A DNA stretch of 32,000 nucleotides from Candidatus Methylomirabilis limnetica (GTDB taxonomy: Bacteria > Methylomirabilota > Methylomirabilia > Methylomirabilales > Methylomirabilaceae): positions 121,078 to 153,077 of the forward strand of contig NZ_NVQC01000013.1 of the NCBI RefSeq assembly GCF_003044035.1. Direction: 5' to 3'. The notes under the pieces were generated by a model, which saw only the letters and a list, made by a program, of their open reading frames with translations, did no database searches and was not told where the DNA came from. This document shows positions 1-8,915 of the stretch, piece by piece. The translations under genes and the position numbers were made by a program. How positions within the stretch are numbered: the stretch's first letter is position 1; every line of letters starts with the position of its first letter.

Positions 1-257
1 GACTGAGGGCCAAGATCAGCAGCGGGGTGATCGTTCTGGCAACGTCCTCGGATGGACGGGTAAGCTGGGTGGCGGCCGTGACACCCGACCTCACCTCGCG
101 GCTGCACGCCGGCAAATTGGTGAAGGAGGTGGCAAGTATTACGGGTGGGAGCGGAGGCGGCCGGGCCGATCTCGCCGAAGCCGGCGGGAAGGATCCTGAT
201 AAGCTGAATCTGGCGCTCCAGCTTATCCCGGACTTGGTTAGACGGTTTCTCGCATGA
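1..257 (+). CDS. alaS: alanine--tRNA ligase, C-terminal fragment (5' end lies outside the window)
   Basis: The frame is open from base 3. The tail ...ITGGSGGGRADLAEAGGKDPDKL... matches the C-terminal DHHA1-type motif of AlaRS. Confidence 0.75.
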   Translation, partial: LRAKISSGVIVLATSSDGRVSWVAAVTPDLTSRLHAGKLVKEVASITGGSGGGRADLAEAGGKDPDKLNLALQLIPDLVRRFLA

Positions 258-352
258 GCCCATTGTTGACCCTATTTCCCTTGGCGATCGCCGCCAGCCA
301 TGGTATCAATGACAAGAATCACTGATCAAATACCCTTTTGTGGGCAGCGTAG

Positions 353-982
353 ATGACGATACCTCTTGCACGAGAAGGGTGGCCATTTATCCTAGCACCG
401 CTGGGCCTGGCTGCCATCCTATGGGTTGCAGGGTGGCATGGTGGTGGCGTTGCTGTACTTGTTTTGGCTGTGTTGGTGGCGTTATTTTTCCGTGACCCAC
501 CCCGCGACGTCCCGCAGGGCAAGGGGTTGCTCCTTGCCCCTGGCGATGGGACCGTTGTCCAGGTTATCCCGTATCTTGGCCACGAGTTGCAAGAACCGGC
601 CACCCAGATCAGCATCTTCCTATCGGTTTTCAATGTACACATCAACCGTGCCCCGTTTCCCGCGGTGGTCGAAACGGTTGAGTACAAACCGGGGACATTT
701 CGCCCCGCATGGGAGTCTAAGGCGTCGACAGGCAATGAACAGAACCTCATCATACTGAAGGCGCCGGAAGGCCGACTATTGGTGAAACAGATCGCAGGCT
801 TGATCGCAAGGCGCGTTGTATGCCGGGTCGTTGCCGGGCAAAAGCTTGAGGCTGGAGAGCGATTCGGGCTGATTCGGTTTGGGTCGCGCGTAGATCTGAT
901 CGTTCCGGCACGTGCGGAGCTTTCCGTGAAACGCGGAGATCGTGTCAAGGGAGGAATCACTGTGATGGGGATGCTCCGATGA
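353..982 (+). CDS. psd: phosphatidylserine decarboxylase family protein (short form)
   Basis: 209 aa with N-terminal TM helices and a conserved ...RFGLIRFGSRVDLIVP... block containing the Gly-Ser self-cleavage-type site. ATGA overlap with the downstream pssA. Confidence 0.8.
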   Translation: MTIPLAREGWPFILAPLGLAAILWVAGWHGGGVAVLVLAVLVALFFRDPPRDVPQGKGLLLAPGDGTVVQVIPYLGHELQEPATQISIFLSVFNVHINRAPFPAVVETVEYKPGTFRPAWESKASTGNEQNLIILKAPEGRLLVKQIAGLIARRVVCRVVAGQKLEAGERFGLIRFGSRVDLIVPARAELSVKRGDRVKGGITVMGMLR

Positions 983-1779
983 GCAAGGGCCGTCGCCGGC
1001 GGGGGGTCTACCTCCTACCAAGCCTGCTGACCATCAGCAATCTGCTGTGCGGGGTCTACGCTATCGTCGCCGTGCATAATGACGAGTACACCCGCGCAGC
1101 CATCGCTATTCTCATTGCGCTGATTATGGATGGCCTCGACGGGGCCGTGGCTCGGCTCACCAACACCCAGAGCGACTTTGGAGTGCAGCTCGATTCGTTA
1201 GCGGATCTGGTTGCTTTCGGCGTCGCGCCCGCCATCCTCACCTATGCGTGGGCGATCAAACCCTACAGCAAGATGGGATTGCTGTTCGGATCGATCATCC
1301 CGACGGCGCTGTTCGTTTCGAGTGGCGCCTTCAGGTTGGCGCGTTTCAACGTTCAGACGCGAATTCTCGACAACCGCTATTTTGTCGGCCTCCCGATTCC
1401 GGCGGCCGCAGCGGTTATCGCCTCCTTCGTGCTCTTCATGCGAGAGTCGCCTTCGCTGATCCTCTTTCAGCGTGAGTTGCTCTCAGATCGGGTGACGTCT
1501 GCGCTCATGGTCGTCATCGTCTACGCGCTATCGTTCTTGATGGTCAGTCCCCTCCGGTACCGCAGTCTGAAAGGGATCGAGATCAAGAAACGTCAACCCT
1601 TCGCGCTCCTCATCGGCCTGACACTTGTGGTCTCGGTCATCGCTTCAGAGCCAGGATTGGTGGCCTTTTTCTGCTTCTTTCTCTATGCCATGTCTGGCGT
1701 CATTCGCATGATTCCGTCAATTAGAAGACACGTATCAGAGCCGGTGGAGCACGTGATCGGCGGGGAAGGTGGACCGTAG
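979..1779 (+). CDS. pssA: CDP-diacylglycerol--serine O-phosphatidyltransferase
   Basis: CDP-alcohol phosphatidyltransferase motif DGLDGAVAR...D..AD, a multi-TM protein, translationally coupled to psd. Confidence 0.85.
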   Translation: MSKGRRRRGVYLLPSLLTISNLLCGVYAIVAVHNDEYTRAAIAILIALIMDGLDGAVARLTNTQSDFGVQLDSLADLVAFGVAPAILTYAWAIKPYSKMGLLFGSIIPTALFVSSGAFRLARFNVQTRILDNRYFVGLPIPAAAAVIASFVLFMRESPSLILFQRELLSDRVTSALMVVIVYALSFLMVSPLRYRSLKGIEIKKRQPFALLIGLTLVVSVIASEPGLVAFFCFFLYAMSGVIRMIPSIRRHVSEPVEHVIGGEGGP

Positions 1780-1880
1780 GGCAGGGCGGAAGGCTCGTTC
1801 CGTCGCCGCGAGAGGCAGCAACAGAGGATCAGTGAAGCGGAGATAGTTAGTTGTGTACGTCTCATGCTTCTGTGTATTTA

Positions 1881-1958
1881 CCGTTCGCCCTGAGCTGGTC
1901 GAAGGGTGAAGCATTTCGACAAGTTCCGTTCATGGTTCGACCAGCTCACCACGAACGG
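1881..1958. repeat. nested inverted-repeat (REP-like) element upstream of leuA
   Basis: Outer arms are CCGTTCG (1881-1887) and CGAACGG (1952-1958). Inner 12-bp arms are GAGCTGGTCGAA (1892-1903) and TTCGACCAGCTC (1936-1947). Confidence 0.7.
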
Positions 1959-1986
1959 AATATAAAGGGATACCCTAGAGGATAAG

Positions 1987-3534
1987 ATGGGCAATCGTAT
2001 TATGATCTTCGACACCACGCTCCGGGATGGCGAGCAGGCGCCGGGCTGCAGCATGAATACCAGGGAGAAGCTGGAAATGGCCCGGCAACTGGCGCGTCTT
2101 AAGGTGGACGTGATCGAGGCCGGCTTTGCTATCGCCTCCGAAGACGACTTCGAGGCGGTCAAGACGATCGCCCAGAACCTGAAGGACGGACCGATCATTG
2201 CCAGCCTCTGCCGAGCTCGCGATATCGACATCGATCGCTCCTGGGAGGCGTTGCAATATGCTGAGCGCTCACGGATTCATATCTTCATCGCCACCTCCGA
2301 AATTCATATCACCTACAAGCTGAAATCAACCCATGAGGATGTCCTGCAGGCGGCTGTTACGGCAGTCAAGCATGCCAGGCGCTATACCGACGATGTCGAG
2401 TTCTCACCAGAGGACGCTCATCGGAGCGAGCAGGATTATCTCTGTAAGGTTGTTGAGGAGGTGATCAAGGCTGGCGCCACCACGATCAACATTCCAGATA
2501 CGGTCGGCTATGGTGTCCCCTGGGAGTTTGGAGCCCGGATCAAGAATCTGTTCGATCGGGTGCCCAACATCGACAAAGCGGTGATAAGCTGCCACTGTCA
2601 TAACGACCTTGGGCTGGCGGTGGCGAACTCGCTGGAGGCGATCAGAAACGGGGCCAGACAGGTTGAATGTACCATTAACGGAATCGGTGAGCGTGCCGGA
2701 AACGCCTCTCTGGAAGAGATCGTAATGGCGCTGCGGACACGAAAAGACCTGCTGGACTTCGAGGTCGGGGTCAATACGGAGGAGATCTACCGGTCCAGCA
2801 AGCTCCTGACCAGCATCATCGGGATCCCCGTCCAGCCGAATAAGGCCATCGTCGGCGCCAACGCTTTCGCGCACGAGGCCGGTGTACACCAACACGGCAT
2901 GCTGCAGAAGCCGCTCACCTATGAGATTATGACCCCCGAATCAGTGGGGGTGCCTCAGAGCCGACTGGTTCTGGGGAAGCACTCCGGGCGGCACGCCTTT
3001 AAGAAGCGGTTGGAGGAGCTGGGCGTGATGTTGGCTGAAGAGGCCTTAAACAGGGCCTTCATCCGGTTCAAGATCGTGGCCGATAAGAAAAAAGAGGTGT
3101 TCGACGACGACCTGCTGGCCATCGTCGAGGAGGAGGCCCTGGCTGCCGGCGAGACCTATACCCTTGAGTATCTGCAGTTCACGAGCGGTATCAACATCGT
3201 CCCCACTGCCACCGTGCGGCTCAAGCGAGAGAACGAGATCTTCCAGGAATCAGGCTGGGGGGATGGCCCGGTGGATGCGGCCTACAAAGCGATCGACCAG
3301 ATCACGAAGATCCAAGGGCGGCTGGCTGACTACTCGATCAGGGCCATCACCGCCGGGAAGGACGCGTTGGGCGAGGTGGTCCTGAAGCTGGAAGTCAATG
3401 GCCATACCGTAATCGGCAGAGGAACCTCTACCGATGTCATCGAGGCCAGCGTGAGAGCCTACCTGAACGCGATCAATAAGATTGTCGGCGCGGCTCGGCC
3501 TCCCAAAGATATGGCCGCGCCAAGGGGACTGTGA
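1987..3534 (+). CDS. leuA: 2-isopropylmalate synthase
   Basis: 515 aa with [31 protein letters not shown] and a C-terminal LeuA dimerisation/regulatory region. Confidence 0.9.
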   Translation: MGNRIMIFDTTLRDGEQAPGCSMNTREKLEMARQLARLKVDVIEAGFAIASEDDFEAVKTIAQNLKDGPIIASLCRARDIDIDRSWEALQYAERSRIHIFIATSEIHITYKLKSTHEDVLQAAVTAVKHARRYTDDVEFSPEDAHRSEQDYLCKVVEEVIKAGATTINIPDTVGYGVPWEFGARIKNLFDRVPNIDKAVISCHCHNDLGLAVANSLEAIRNGARQVECTINGIGERAGNASLEEIVMALRTRKDLLDFEVGVNTEEIYRSSKLLTSIIGIPVQPNKAIVGANAFAHEAGVHQHGMLQKPLTYEIMTPESVGVPQSRLVLGKHSGRHAFKKRLEELGVMLAEEALNRAFIRFKIVADKKKEVFDDDLLAIVEEEALAAGETYTLEYLQFTSGINIVPTATVRLKRENEIFQESGWGDGPVDAAYKAIDQITKIQGRLADYSIRAITAGKDALGEVVLKLEVNGHTVIGRGTSTDVIEASVRAYLNAINKIVGAARPPKDMAAPRGL

Positions 3535-3549
3535 CCGCGAGGACGTGAC

Positions 3550-4572
3550 ATGGCGAACAGAACATACACGGTAGCGGTCGCCGGAGCCACCGGCGCGGTC
3601 GGAGAGACAATGCTTCGACTGCTCGAAGAGCGGAACTTTCCCGTCCGACGACTGAAGCTCCTGGCCTCCGAGCGCTCAACCGGGAAGAGCCTCACCTTCA
3701 AAGGGGAGGAGATCAAGGTCGAGCGGCTGGACGATGGCTCGTTCCAGGGGATTGATATCGCCCTCTTTTCGGCCGGCGCCACCCGCAGTCAGGAGTTCGC
3801 CCCGGCGGCTGTCAAGGCGGGCGCGGTCGTCATCGATAACAGCTCCGCGTTCCGGATGCAGTCCGATGTCCCGCTCGTCATTCCGGAGATCAACCCGGAC
3901 GCGATTGCCGGGTATCAGGCTCGTGGCATCATCGCCAACCCCAACTGCACCACGATCGTCATGCTCATGCCGCTCAAGCCGCTGCACGACTATGGCCGGG
4001 TCAGGCGTGTCATCGTTTCGAGCTACCAGGCAGTGTCCGGTGCGGGGGCGAAGGGGATCGAGGAGTTGAGACGGCAGACGTTAGCCTGGGCCAGGGGCGA
4101 GCCGATCGAGGTCAGCGCCTTCCCCCAGCAGATTGCGTTCAACCTCATTCCTCACATTGACACGTTCCAGCCGAATGGCTACACGAAAGAGGAACTGAAG
4201 CTTGTCTTTGAGACCCGGAAGATCCTGGGAGACGAATCGATCGGGGTCTCTCCCACTACCGTACGCGTCCCCGTCTTTACAGCCCATTCAGTTTCCATGA
4301 ACGTCGAGACGGAACGAAAGATTGGGGTAGATAGGGCAAAGGAGTTACTCTCGAAGATGCCGGGACTTGTTGTGATCGATGAGCCAGAAGCAGGCCGCTA
4401 CCCGATGCCGATCTTCGCGGCCGGCAAGGACGACTGCTTTGTCGGTAGGATCAGAGAAGATCTTACGAATGATCATGCCCTCAACCTCTGGGTGGTGGGA
4501 GACCAGCTTCGAAAGGGGGCGGCCCTGAACGCCATTCAGATCGCTGAGCTGTTAGTGGACCGCTATCTTTGA
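3550..4572 (+). CDS. asd: aspartate-semialdehyde dehydrogenase
   Basis: 340 aa with an N-terminal VAVAGATGAVG Rossmann motif, active-site IANPNCTT, and SSYQAVSGAG. Confidence 0.9.
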   Translation: MANRTYTVAVAGATGAVGETMLRLLEERNFPVRRLKLLASERSTGKSLTFKGEEIKVERLDDGSFQGIDIALFSAGATRSQEFAPAAVKAGAVVIDNSSAFRMQSDVPLVIPEINPDAIAGYQARGIIANPNCTTIVMLMPLKPLHDYGRVRRVIVSSYQAVSGAGAKGIEELRRQTLAWARGEPIEVSAFPQQIAFNLIPHIDTFQPNGYTKEELKLVFETRKILGDESIGVSPTTVRVPVFTAHSVSMNVETERKIGVDRAKELLSKMPGLVVIDEPEAGRYPMPIFAAGKDDCFVGRIREDLTNDHALNLWVVGDQLRKGAALNAIQIAELLVDRYL

Positions 4573-4606
4573 ACAGCCAACCCTTGATCTTCAAAGATAA
4601 TCCATG

Positions 4607-4642
4607 ACAGGAGCGCTGAATCGGCGCTCCTGTTCGTCTTTT
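4607..4642 (+). terminator. intrinsic terminator after asd
   Basis: Stem ACAGGAGCGC / GCGCTCCTGT (4607-4633) followed by the T-rich tract tcgtctttt. Confidence 0.6.
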
Positions 4643-4700
4643 AGGACAATACCTCATTAAACTTTTATTTGCCCTTAGAGATGAACACCAGGACCAATCA

Positions 4701-4750
4701 CCCACTCCCCAACCCTCCCCCCTCGGAGGGGGAGGGGACGGGTGGGGGGG
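4701..4750. repeat. C-run/G-run hairpin repeat (family 1, copy 1)
   Basis: CCCTCCCCCC (4713-4722) is complementary to GGAGGGGGAGGG (4726-4737). Same style as the copies at 8858-8890, 21438-21467 and 30293-30329. Confidence 0.6.
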
Positions 4751-4765
4751 ACTTTCGAAGCAGTG

Positions 4766-5560
4766 ATGCCTACCTTCAAATTGACGATCGAATACGATGG
4801 GACAGACTATCATGGCTGGCAAGTTCAGCCTGGAATGACCACCATTCAAGGAACGCTACAGAAAGCGGTCAAGCGGATTGTCGGGAAGGGCGTCCACGTC
4901 ATGGGTGCAGGCAGAACCGATTCCGGCGTCCACGCCCTCGGTCAGGTCGCCAGTCTTCGAGCTGAATTCAGCCATCCACCAGACATTCTCCGGCGAGCCC
5001 TGACCAGTGTTCTGCCGCCCGATATCGTCGTGACGGCGGTGGAGGAGATGGACAACGACTTTCACGCTCAGCTCTGGGCGAAGTGGAAGCGGTACCGGTA
5101 TACCATCCTTACGCGCCCATACCCATCCGCCCTCGAGCGTCGATACACCTTATTTGTCCCTTACCCACTCAAGATAGATGCCATGGCTGATGCCGCGAAG
5201 ACCCTGATCGGTACCCACGATTTCAGCGCCTTTCAAGCGGCTGGTAGTTCCGTAAAATCTTCGATCCGAACGGTATTGGTAGCTGAGTTACGGCAGGAGG
5301 GGGATCACCTGTTGCTTGAGATCGTGGCGAGCGGGTTTCTCCGCCACATGATTCGGATCATCATGGGGACTCTGCTGGACGTTGGGAGGGGAAGATTACG
5401 GCCTGAAGATCTTAAAGCGATACTTGAAGGAAAAGATCGCAACAATGCATCTAAGACTATTTCTCCACATGCACTATGTTTGCTCGAAGTGGGCTACCAG
5501 CCGTTCACGCCTCACGCCTCACGCCCTCACGTCCTTTCGCAGGAGGTTTGCTTCCCATGA
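4766..5560 (+). CDS. truA: tRNA pseudouridine(38-40) synthase
   Basis: MPTFKLTIEYDGTDYHGWQVQPG...GAGRTDSGVHA catalytic Asp motif. The upstream ATG at 4742 lies inside the hairpin repeat, so 4766 is preferred. Confidence 0.85.
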   Translation: MPTFKLTIEYDGTDYHGWQVQPGMTTIQGTLQKAVKRIVGKGVHVMGAGRTDSGVHALGQVASLRAEFSHPPDILRRALTSVLPPDIVVTAVEEMDNDFHAQLWAKWKRYRYTILTRPYPSALERRYTLFVPYPLKIDAMADAAKTLIGTHDFSAFQAAGSSVKSSIRTVLVAELRQEGDHLLLEIVASGFLRHMIRIIMGTLLDVGRGRLRPEDLKAILEGKDRNNASKTISPHALCLLEVGYQPFTPHASRPHVLSQEVCFP

Positions 5561-7158
5561 GTGAAGCTACTGATCTCTCCAGGAGAAGGCTATTGCAATA
5601 CCTCGGTCTCACCGCAGTGGCTACGGCAGTAGTGCCGGAGTGGTTATTTGCGGCGGACGAACAGGGTTCCCAGGAACGCTCGGGTCAGTCGGAGCCGGAT
5701 ATCGAGGTCGGAATAACAGCCCAGCCAGCAGAGAGTCCGATCCTACCGGGTCGTCCGACAAAGGTATGGAAGTTCTCGGGGGAGTTGGTCAAGGGGCCGC
5801 CCGGCACCGTGGAGGATATCCCGGATAGCTATCTCGGCCCCATACTACGGTTGCGCCAGGGGCAAAAGGTCCGCATCCGTTTCCACAACAAACTGCCAGA
5901 ACCCTGCGTGATCCATCAACATGGCCTGCATGTGCCTGAGAAGGCGGACGGCCACCCTCGGCATCAGATAGGCAGCGGTCAGACCTCTGTGTATGAATTC
6001 ACGGTCCTCGATCGAGCCGGCACCTATTGGTTCCACCCGCACACCCACCATCGGACCGCTGAGCAGGCCTACTACGGTCTGTCGGGTTTGATCCTCGTGA
6101 CTGATGCTGAGGAGCAGTCACTGGATCTGCCGCGCGATGAGCATGATATTCCATTGGTCATTCAGGATCGCAGCTTTGATGACCACAACCAACTGCGCTA
6201 TATCGGACATATGCATGATCGGTTCAGGGGGTTCTTGGGCGATCGGGTGCTGGTCAACGGCAAACCGGATTTTGTCCTCCCGGTGGCTACCCGAGTCTAC
6301 CGCCTTCGGATCCTCAACGGATCGAATTCCCGCATCTACAAGTTGGCCTGGAACGATGGGAGCCCGTTGACCGTGATCGGCACTGATGGGGGGCTTCTGG
6401 AAAGCCCGGAGGTCCGCAACTATCTGATGCTGGCCCCCGGTGAACGAGTAGACCTTTGGGCAGACCTTCGCGGCCGAAAGCTCGGTGACGAAATTACGCT
6501 GCGCAGCGCTGCCTTCTCTGGTGTGATGCCCATGATGGGCATGGGCGGCGGCATGATGGGGATGGGGCGCGGCATGCGAGGCGGGATGATGGGCGGGATG
6601 GGCGCCGCACTGCCTCACGGGGCGGAGTTCTCTATCCTGACAGCTCGCATTGTACGGGAGGAACGTGATCAGCGTGTCCTCCCGCGCCGCTTATCGCAGA
6701 TTCAGCGGTACCGGCCGCAAGATGCTGCCAATGCCCAGAAGCCCAAGTCCATTCATCTGTCCATGAGGGGTATGTCGCCACGACTGAACGGCCGCTCGTT
6801 TGAAATGACCAGGGTAGCTGAAGAGGAGATCATCCCGCTGAATACCATGCAGCTACTGGAATTCGTGAATCGGGACCACCGTGCCCACGGGATGATGATG
6901 GCCCACCCGATGCATATCCATGGTCAGCAGTTTCAGGTGCTCAAGCGAGAGATGGCCCCCGGATTTGAACGACATTACTCTTCGGTCAGTCAAGGGTTCG
7001 TAGATAATGGTTGGAAGGACACGGTGCTTGTGATGCCGGGGGAAAAGGTCACGATCCTCAAACGCTTTGACCATTTCACGGGCCTGTATCTTTATCACTG
7101 TCACAATCTCGAGCACGAGGACCTGGACATGATGCGAAACTTTCTGGTCCAGGCTTAG
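5557..7158 (+). CDS. Tat-exported multicopper oxidase with a Met/Gly-rich insert (CueO-like)
   Basis: Twin-arginine leader SRRRLLQYLGLTAVATA. Copper-ligand motifs HQHGLHVP, WFHPHTHH, HPMHIHG, YHCHNLEHEDLDMM. ATGA overlap with the truA stop. Confidence 0.85.
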   Translation: MSEATDLSRRRLLQYLGLTAVATAVVPEWLFAADEQGSQERSGQSEPDIEVGITAQPAESPILPGRPTKVWKFSGELVKGPPGTVEDIPDSYLGPILRLRQGQKVRIRFHNKLPEPCVIHQHGLHVPEKADGHPRHQIGSGQTSVYEFTVLDRAGTYWFHPHTHHRTAEQAYYGLSGLILVTDAEEQSLDLPRDEHDIPLVIQDRSFDDHNQLRYIGHMHDRFRGFLGDRVLVNGKPDFVLPVATRVYRLRILNGSNSRIYKLAWNDGSPLTVIGTDGGLLESPEVRNYLMLAPGERVDLWADLRGRKLGDEITLRSAAFSGVMPMMGMGGGMMGMGRGMRGGMMGGMGAALPHGAEFSILTARIVREERDQRVLPRRLSQIQRYRPQDAANAQKPKSIHLSMRGMSPRLNGRSFEMTRVAEEEIIPLNTMQLLEFVNRDHRAHGMMMAHPMHIHGQQFQVLKREMAPGFERHYSSVSQGFVDNGWKDTVLVMPGEKVTILKRFDHFTGLYLYHCHNLEHEDLDMMRNFLVQA

Positions 7159-7198
7159 CGTAATCAGGCTTCTGAAACCAATGAGTAAGGAGTGTATC

Positions 7199-8266
7199 AT
7201 GCTGTTAGTGGGAAAGAGCAGATCTGAAGGCCGGGCCATTGCGATCGGCGTAGCCTTTCTCTTATGGGCAGTTCTATTTGAGCAGTCTGCGTTTGGTGGG
7301 GGGCCGCCAGCCAAATCGGTAGATCCGGGAGTGGCTGCAAAGGTGGGTGACCAGATAGTCACGCTAGATGAGCTCGAGAAGGCGCTGGCCCCGCAGCTTG
7401 CCAAGCTGCAAGATCAGAAATTCCAGCTCATGGCGTCGAAGCTGGAGGAACTGATCGCGGGGCGCCTTCTGGCACTCGAGGCTAAGCGGCGCGCGATCAC
7501 GGTTGAGGAGCTATTGAAGGCCGAGGTTACTTCGAAGGCGCCTGGGGTCACTGACACAGAGGTCACGGCATTCATAACGCAGAATAAGGCGCGGCTTCAG
7601 GGGCAGGAAGCCGAGATTCGCCCTAAGGTTCGCGAGCACCTGGTGGGTCAGAAACTACAAGAGACGCGCAGTACCTATCTGGCCGGCCTCCTGCAACGCG
7701 CCAAGGTTGAGCGCTTCCTGGAGGAACCAGAGCCGATTCGGATCCCGGTGAGTGCGGAAGGGGCCTTTGCTCAAGGCCCAAAGGATGCGCCAATCACCAT
7801 CGTTGAGTTCTCCGACTTTCAATGTCCGTACTGCAGTCGGGTCATCGCGACACTGAAAGAGGTGGTGCGGCTCTATCCTAAGCAAGTACGGTTAGCGTTC
7901 CGGGATTTCCCGATCGCCGGTCTTCATCCTAAGGCATTGAAGGCGGCTGAGGCGGCGCGATGCGCTGGCGAGAAGGGAAAGTTCTGGGAATACCACGACC
8001 TCCTCTTTGAGTCTCAGGCTCAAGCGACGCCCGCAGACTTCAAACGATTCGCTGAGCAGTTGAAGCTCGATGCCAACAGCTTCGCTACGTGCCTGGACAG
8101 TGGAAGGCACGCAGCAGCGGTCGCCGCTGATGTCCAGGAAGGGACGCGCCTCGGTATCACCGGGACCCCGACCCTTTTTATCAACGGGCGGTTTGTCGTT
8201 GGCGCCCTGCCATTGGAGGCCTTTCAGGGGATCATTGATCGCGAGCTTCGCCGCTCCTCGAAATAA
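7199..8266 (+). CDS. thioredoxin-fold thiol:disulfide oxidoreductase (DsbA/DsbG/ScsC-like) with a long N-terminal helical region
   Basis: C-terminal domain has FSDFQCPYC and GTPTLFING (cis-Pro loop region). AAGGAG sits 6 nt before the ATG at 7199. The N-terminus is a signal/anchor followed by a helical segment. Confidence 0.75.
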   Translation: MLLVGKSRSEGRAIAIGVAFLLWAVLFEQSAFGGGPPAKSVDPGVAAKVGDQIVTLDELEKALAPQLAKLQDQKFQLMASKLEELIAGRLLALEAKRRAITVEELLKAEVTSKAPGVTDTEVTAFITQNKARLQGQEAEIRPKVREHLVGQKLQETRSTYLAGLLQRAKVERFLEEPEPIRIPVSAEGAFAQGPKDAPITIVEFSDFQCPYCSRVIATLKEVVRLYPKQVRLAFRDFPIAGLHPKALKAAEAARCAGEKGKFWEYHDLLFESQAQATPADFKRFAEQLKLDANSFATCLDSGRHAAAVAADVQEGTRLGITGTPTLFINGRFVVGALPLEAFQGIIDRELRRSSK

Positions 8267-8320
8267 CCTTCAGCCTTCAGCCTAAACCCCTAAACATCAC
8301 TCATGTTCAGGAGGCATGAA

Positions 8321-8770
8321 ATGTCGACCGAAGAGAACAAACGTTTGGTGCGTCGTCTCTACGAGGAAACCGATAAGCAGAATTTCGCGGCGATGGATGA
8401 GTTCTTCTCCGCCGATCTGATCGATCACGACCCACCGCCGATCCCTAATCTTCAGCCCGGGCTTGAAGGGATCAAGCAGGCGTTCAGGGTGTTCGCGACC
8501 GCGTTCCCAGACGGCACCCATGTCATCCACGATCTGATTGCCGAGGGAGACCGGGTGGTGATCCGAGTGAGCGGAATCGGAACGCATCAAGGCGAATTCA
8601 AGGGTATCAAGCCAACTGGGAAGCCGGTCGAGATGACTGGCATTGCCATCTACCGTATCGATGGAGGGAAGATCGTGGAGCGATGGGCGCAGCACAACTT
8701 CCTTGGGTTCGTCATGCAGCAATTGGGGGTGATCTCCGCTCACGGGCATGAGTCCTCACCCCCATCCTGA
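8321..8770 (+). CDS. SnoaL-like (ester cyclase-like) small protein
   Basis: MSTEENKRLVRRLYEE...DLIDHD...GKIVERW pattern typical of the NTF2/SnoaL fold. AGGAGG lies upstream of the ATG at 8321. Confidence 0.65.
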   Translation: MSTEENKRLVRRLYEETDKQNFAAMDEFFSADLIDHDPPPIPNLQPGLEGIKQAFRVFATAFPDGTHVIHDLIAEGDRVVIRVSGIGTHQGEFKGIKPTGKPVEMTGIAIYRIDGGKIVERWAQHNFLGFVMQQLGVISAHGHESSPPS

Positions 8771-8857
8771 CCAGCTCAAACTACATGCGCCCTCTACGCC
8801 TAACGGTCGAGATTACTCGCCAGGGATGGCGGCGAGCGACGTTGAATGTACGCGCAT

Positions 8858-8890
8858 GCTCCCTCTTGATGGGGGAGGGTGGGAAAAATG
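8858..8890. repeat. C-run/G-run hairpin repeat (family 1, weak copy)
   Basis: CTCCCTC ttgatg GGGGAGGG, between convergent genes. Confidence 0.4.
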
Positions 8891-8915
8891 GGCGGGTTCT
8901 TTTACTGGCGTGAGA

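Noticed and set aside
319-960. Large antisense or alternative-frame ORFs throughout the window (e.g. 319..960 -, 2404..2895 -, 6118..6618 -, 11786..12694 -, 23141..23668 +, 27563..28183 +).
   Set aside because: Each lies opposite to, or out of frame with, a gene that has clear family motifs. Their products are Arg/Pro/Gly-rich low-complexity sequences, as expected from high GC content.
4669-4965. 98-aa plus-strand ORF starting in the asd-truA gap.
   Set aside because: It begins inside the hairpin repeat and runs out of frame across truA, with no supporting motifs.
6526-6603. Short tandem ATGGG/ATGATGGG units that could be taken for a DNA repeat array.
   Set aside because: They lie in frame inside the multicopper oxidase and encode a Met/Gly-rich loop. 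This is not a CRISPR array or an intergenic repeat.
8267-8295. CCTTCAG CCTTCAG CCTAAAC CCCTAAAC, including telomere-like CCCTAAA units. Related TAGGGT motifs occur at 16705-16725 and 16900-16925.
   Set aside because: There are only two units per site. They are most simply short intergenic repeat debris, and there is no evidence of a linear replicon end.
8798-8847. GCCTAAC ... GTTGAAT pair with an internal CTCGCC/GGCGAG hairpin, downstream of the SnoaL-like gene.
   Set aside because: It is only 50 bp, the two heptamers pair at 3 of 7 positions, and it has no similarity to sites P, Q or R. It may be chance or a terminator hairpin. It is still worth including in an attC model scan.
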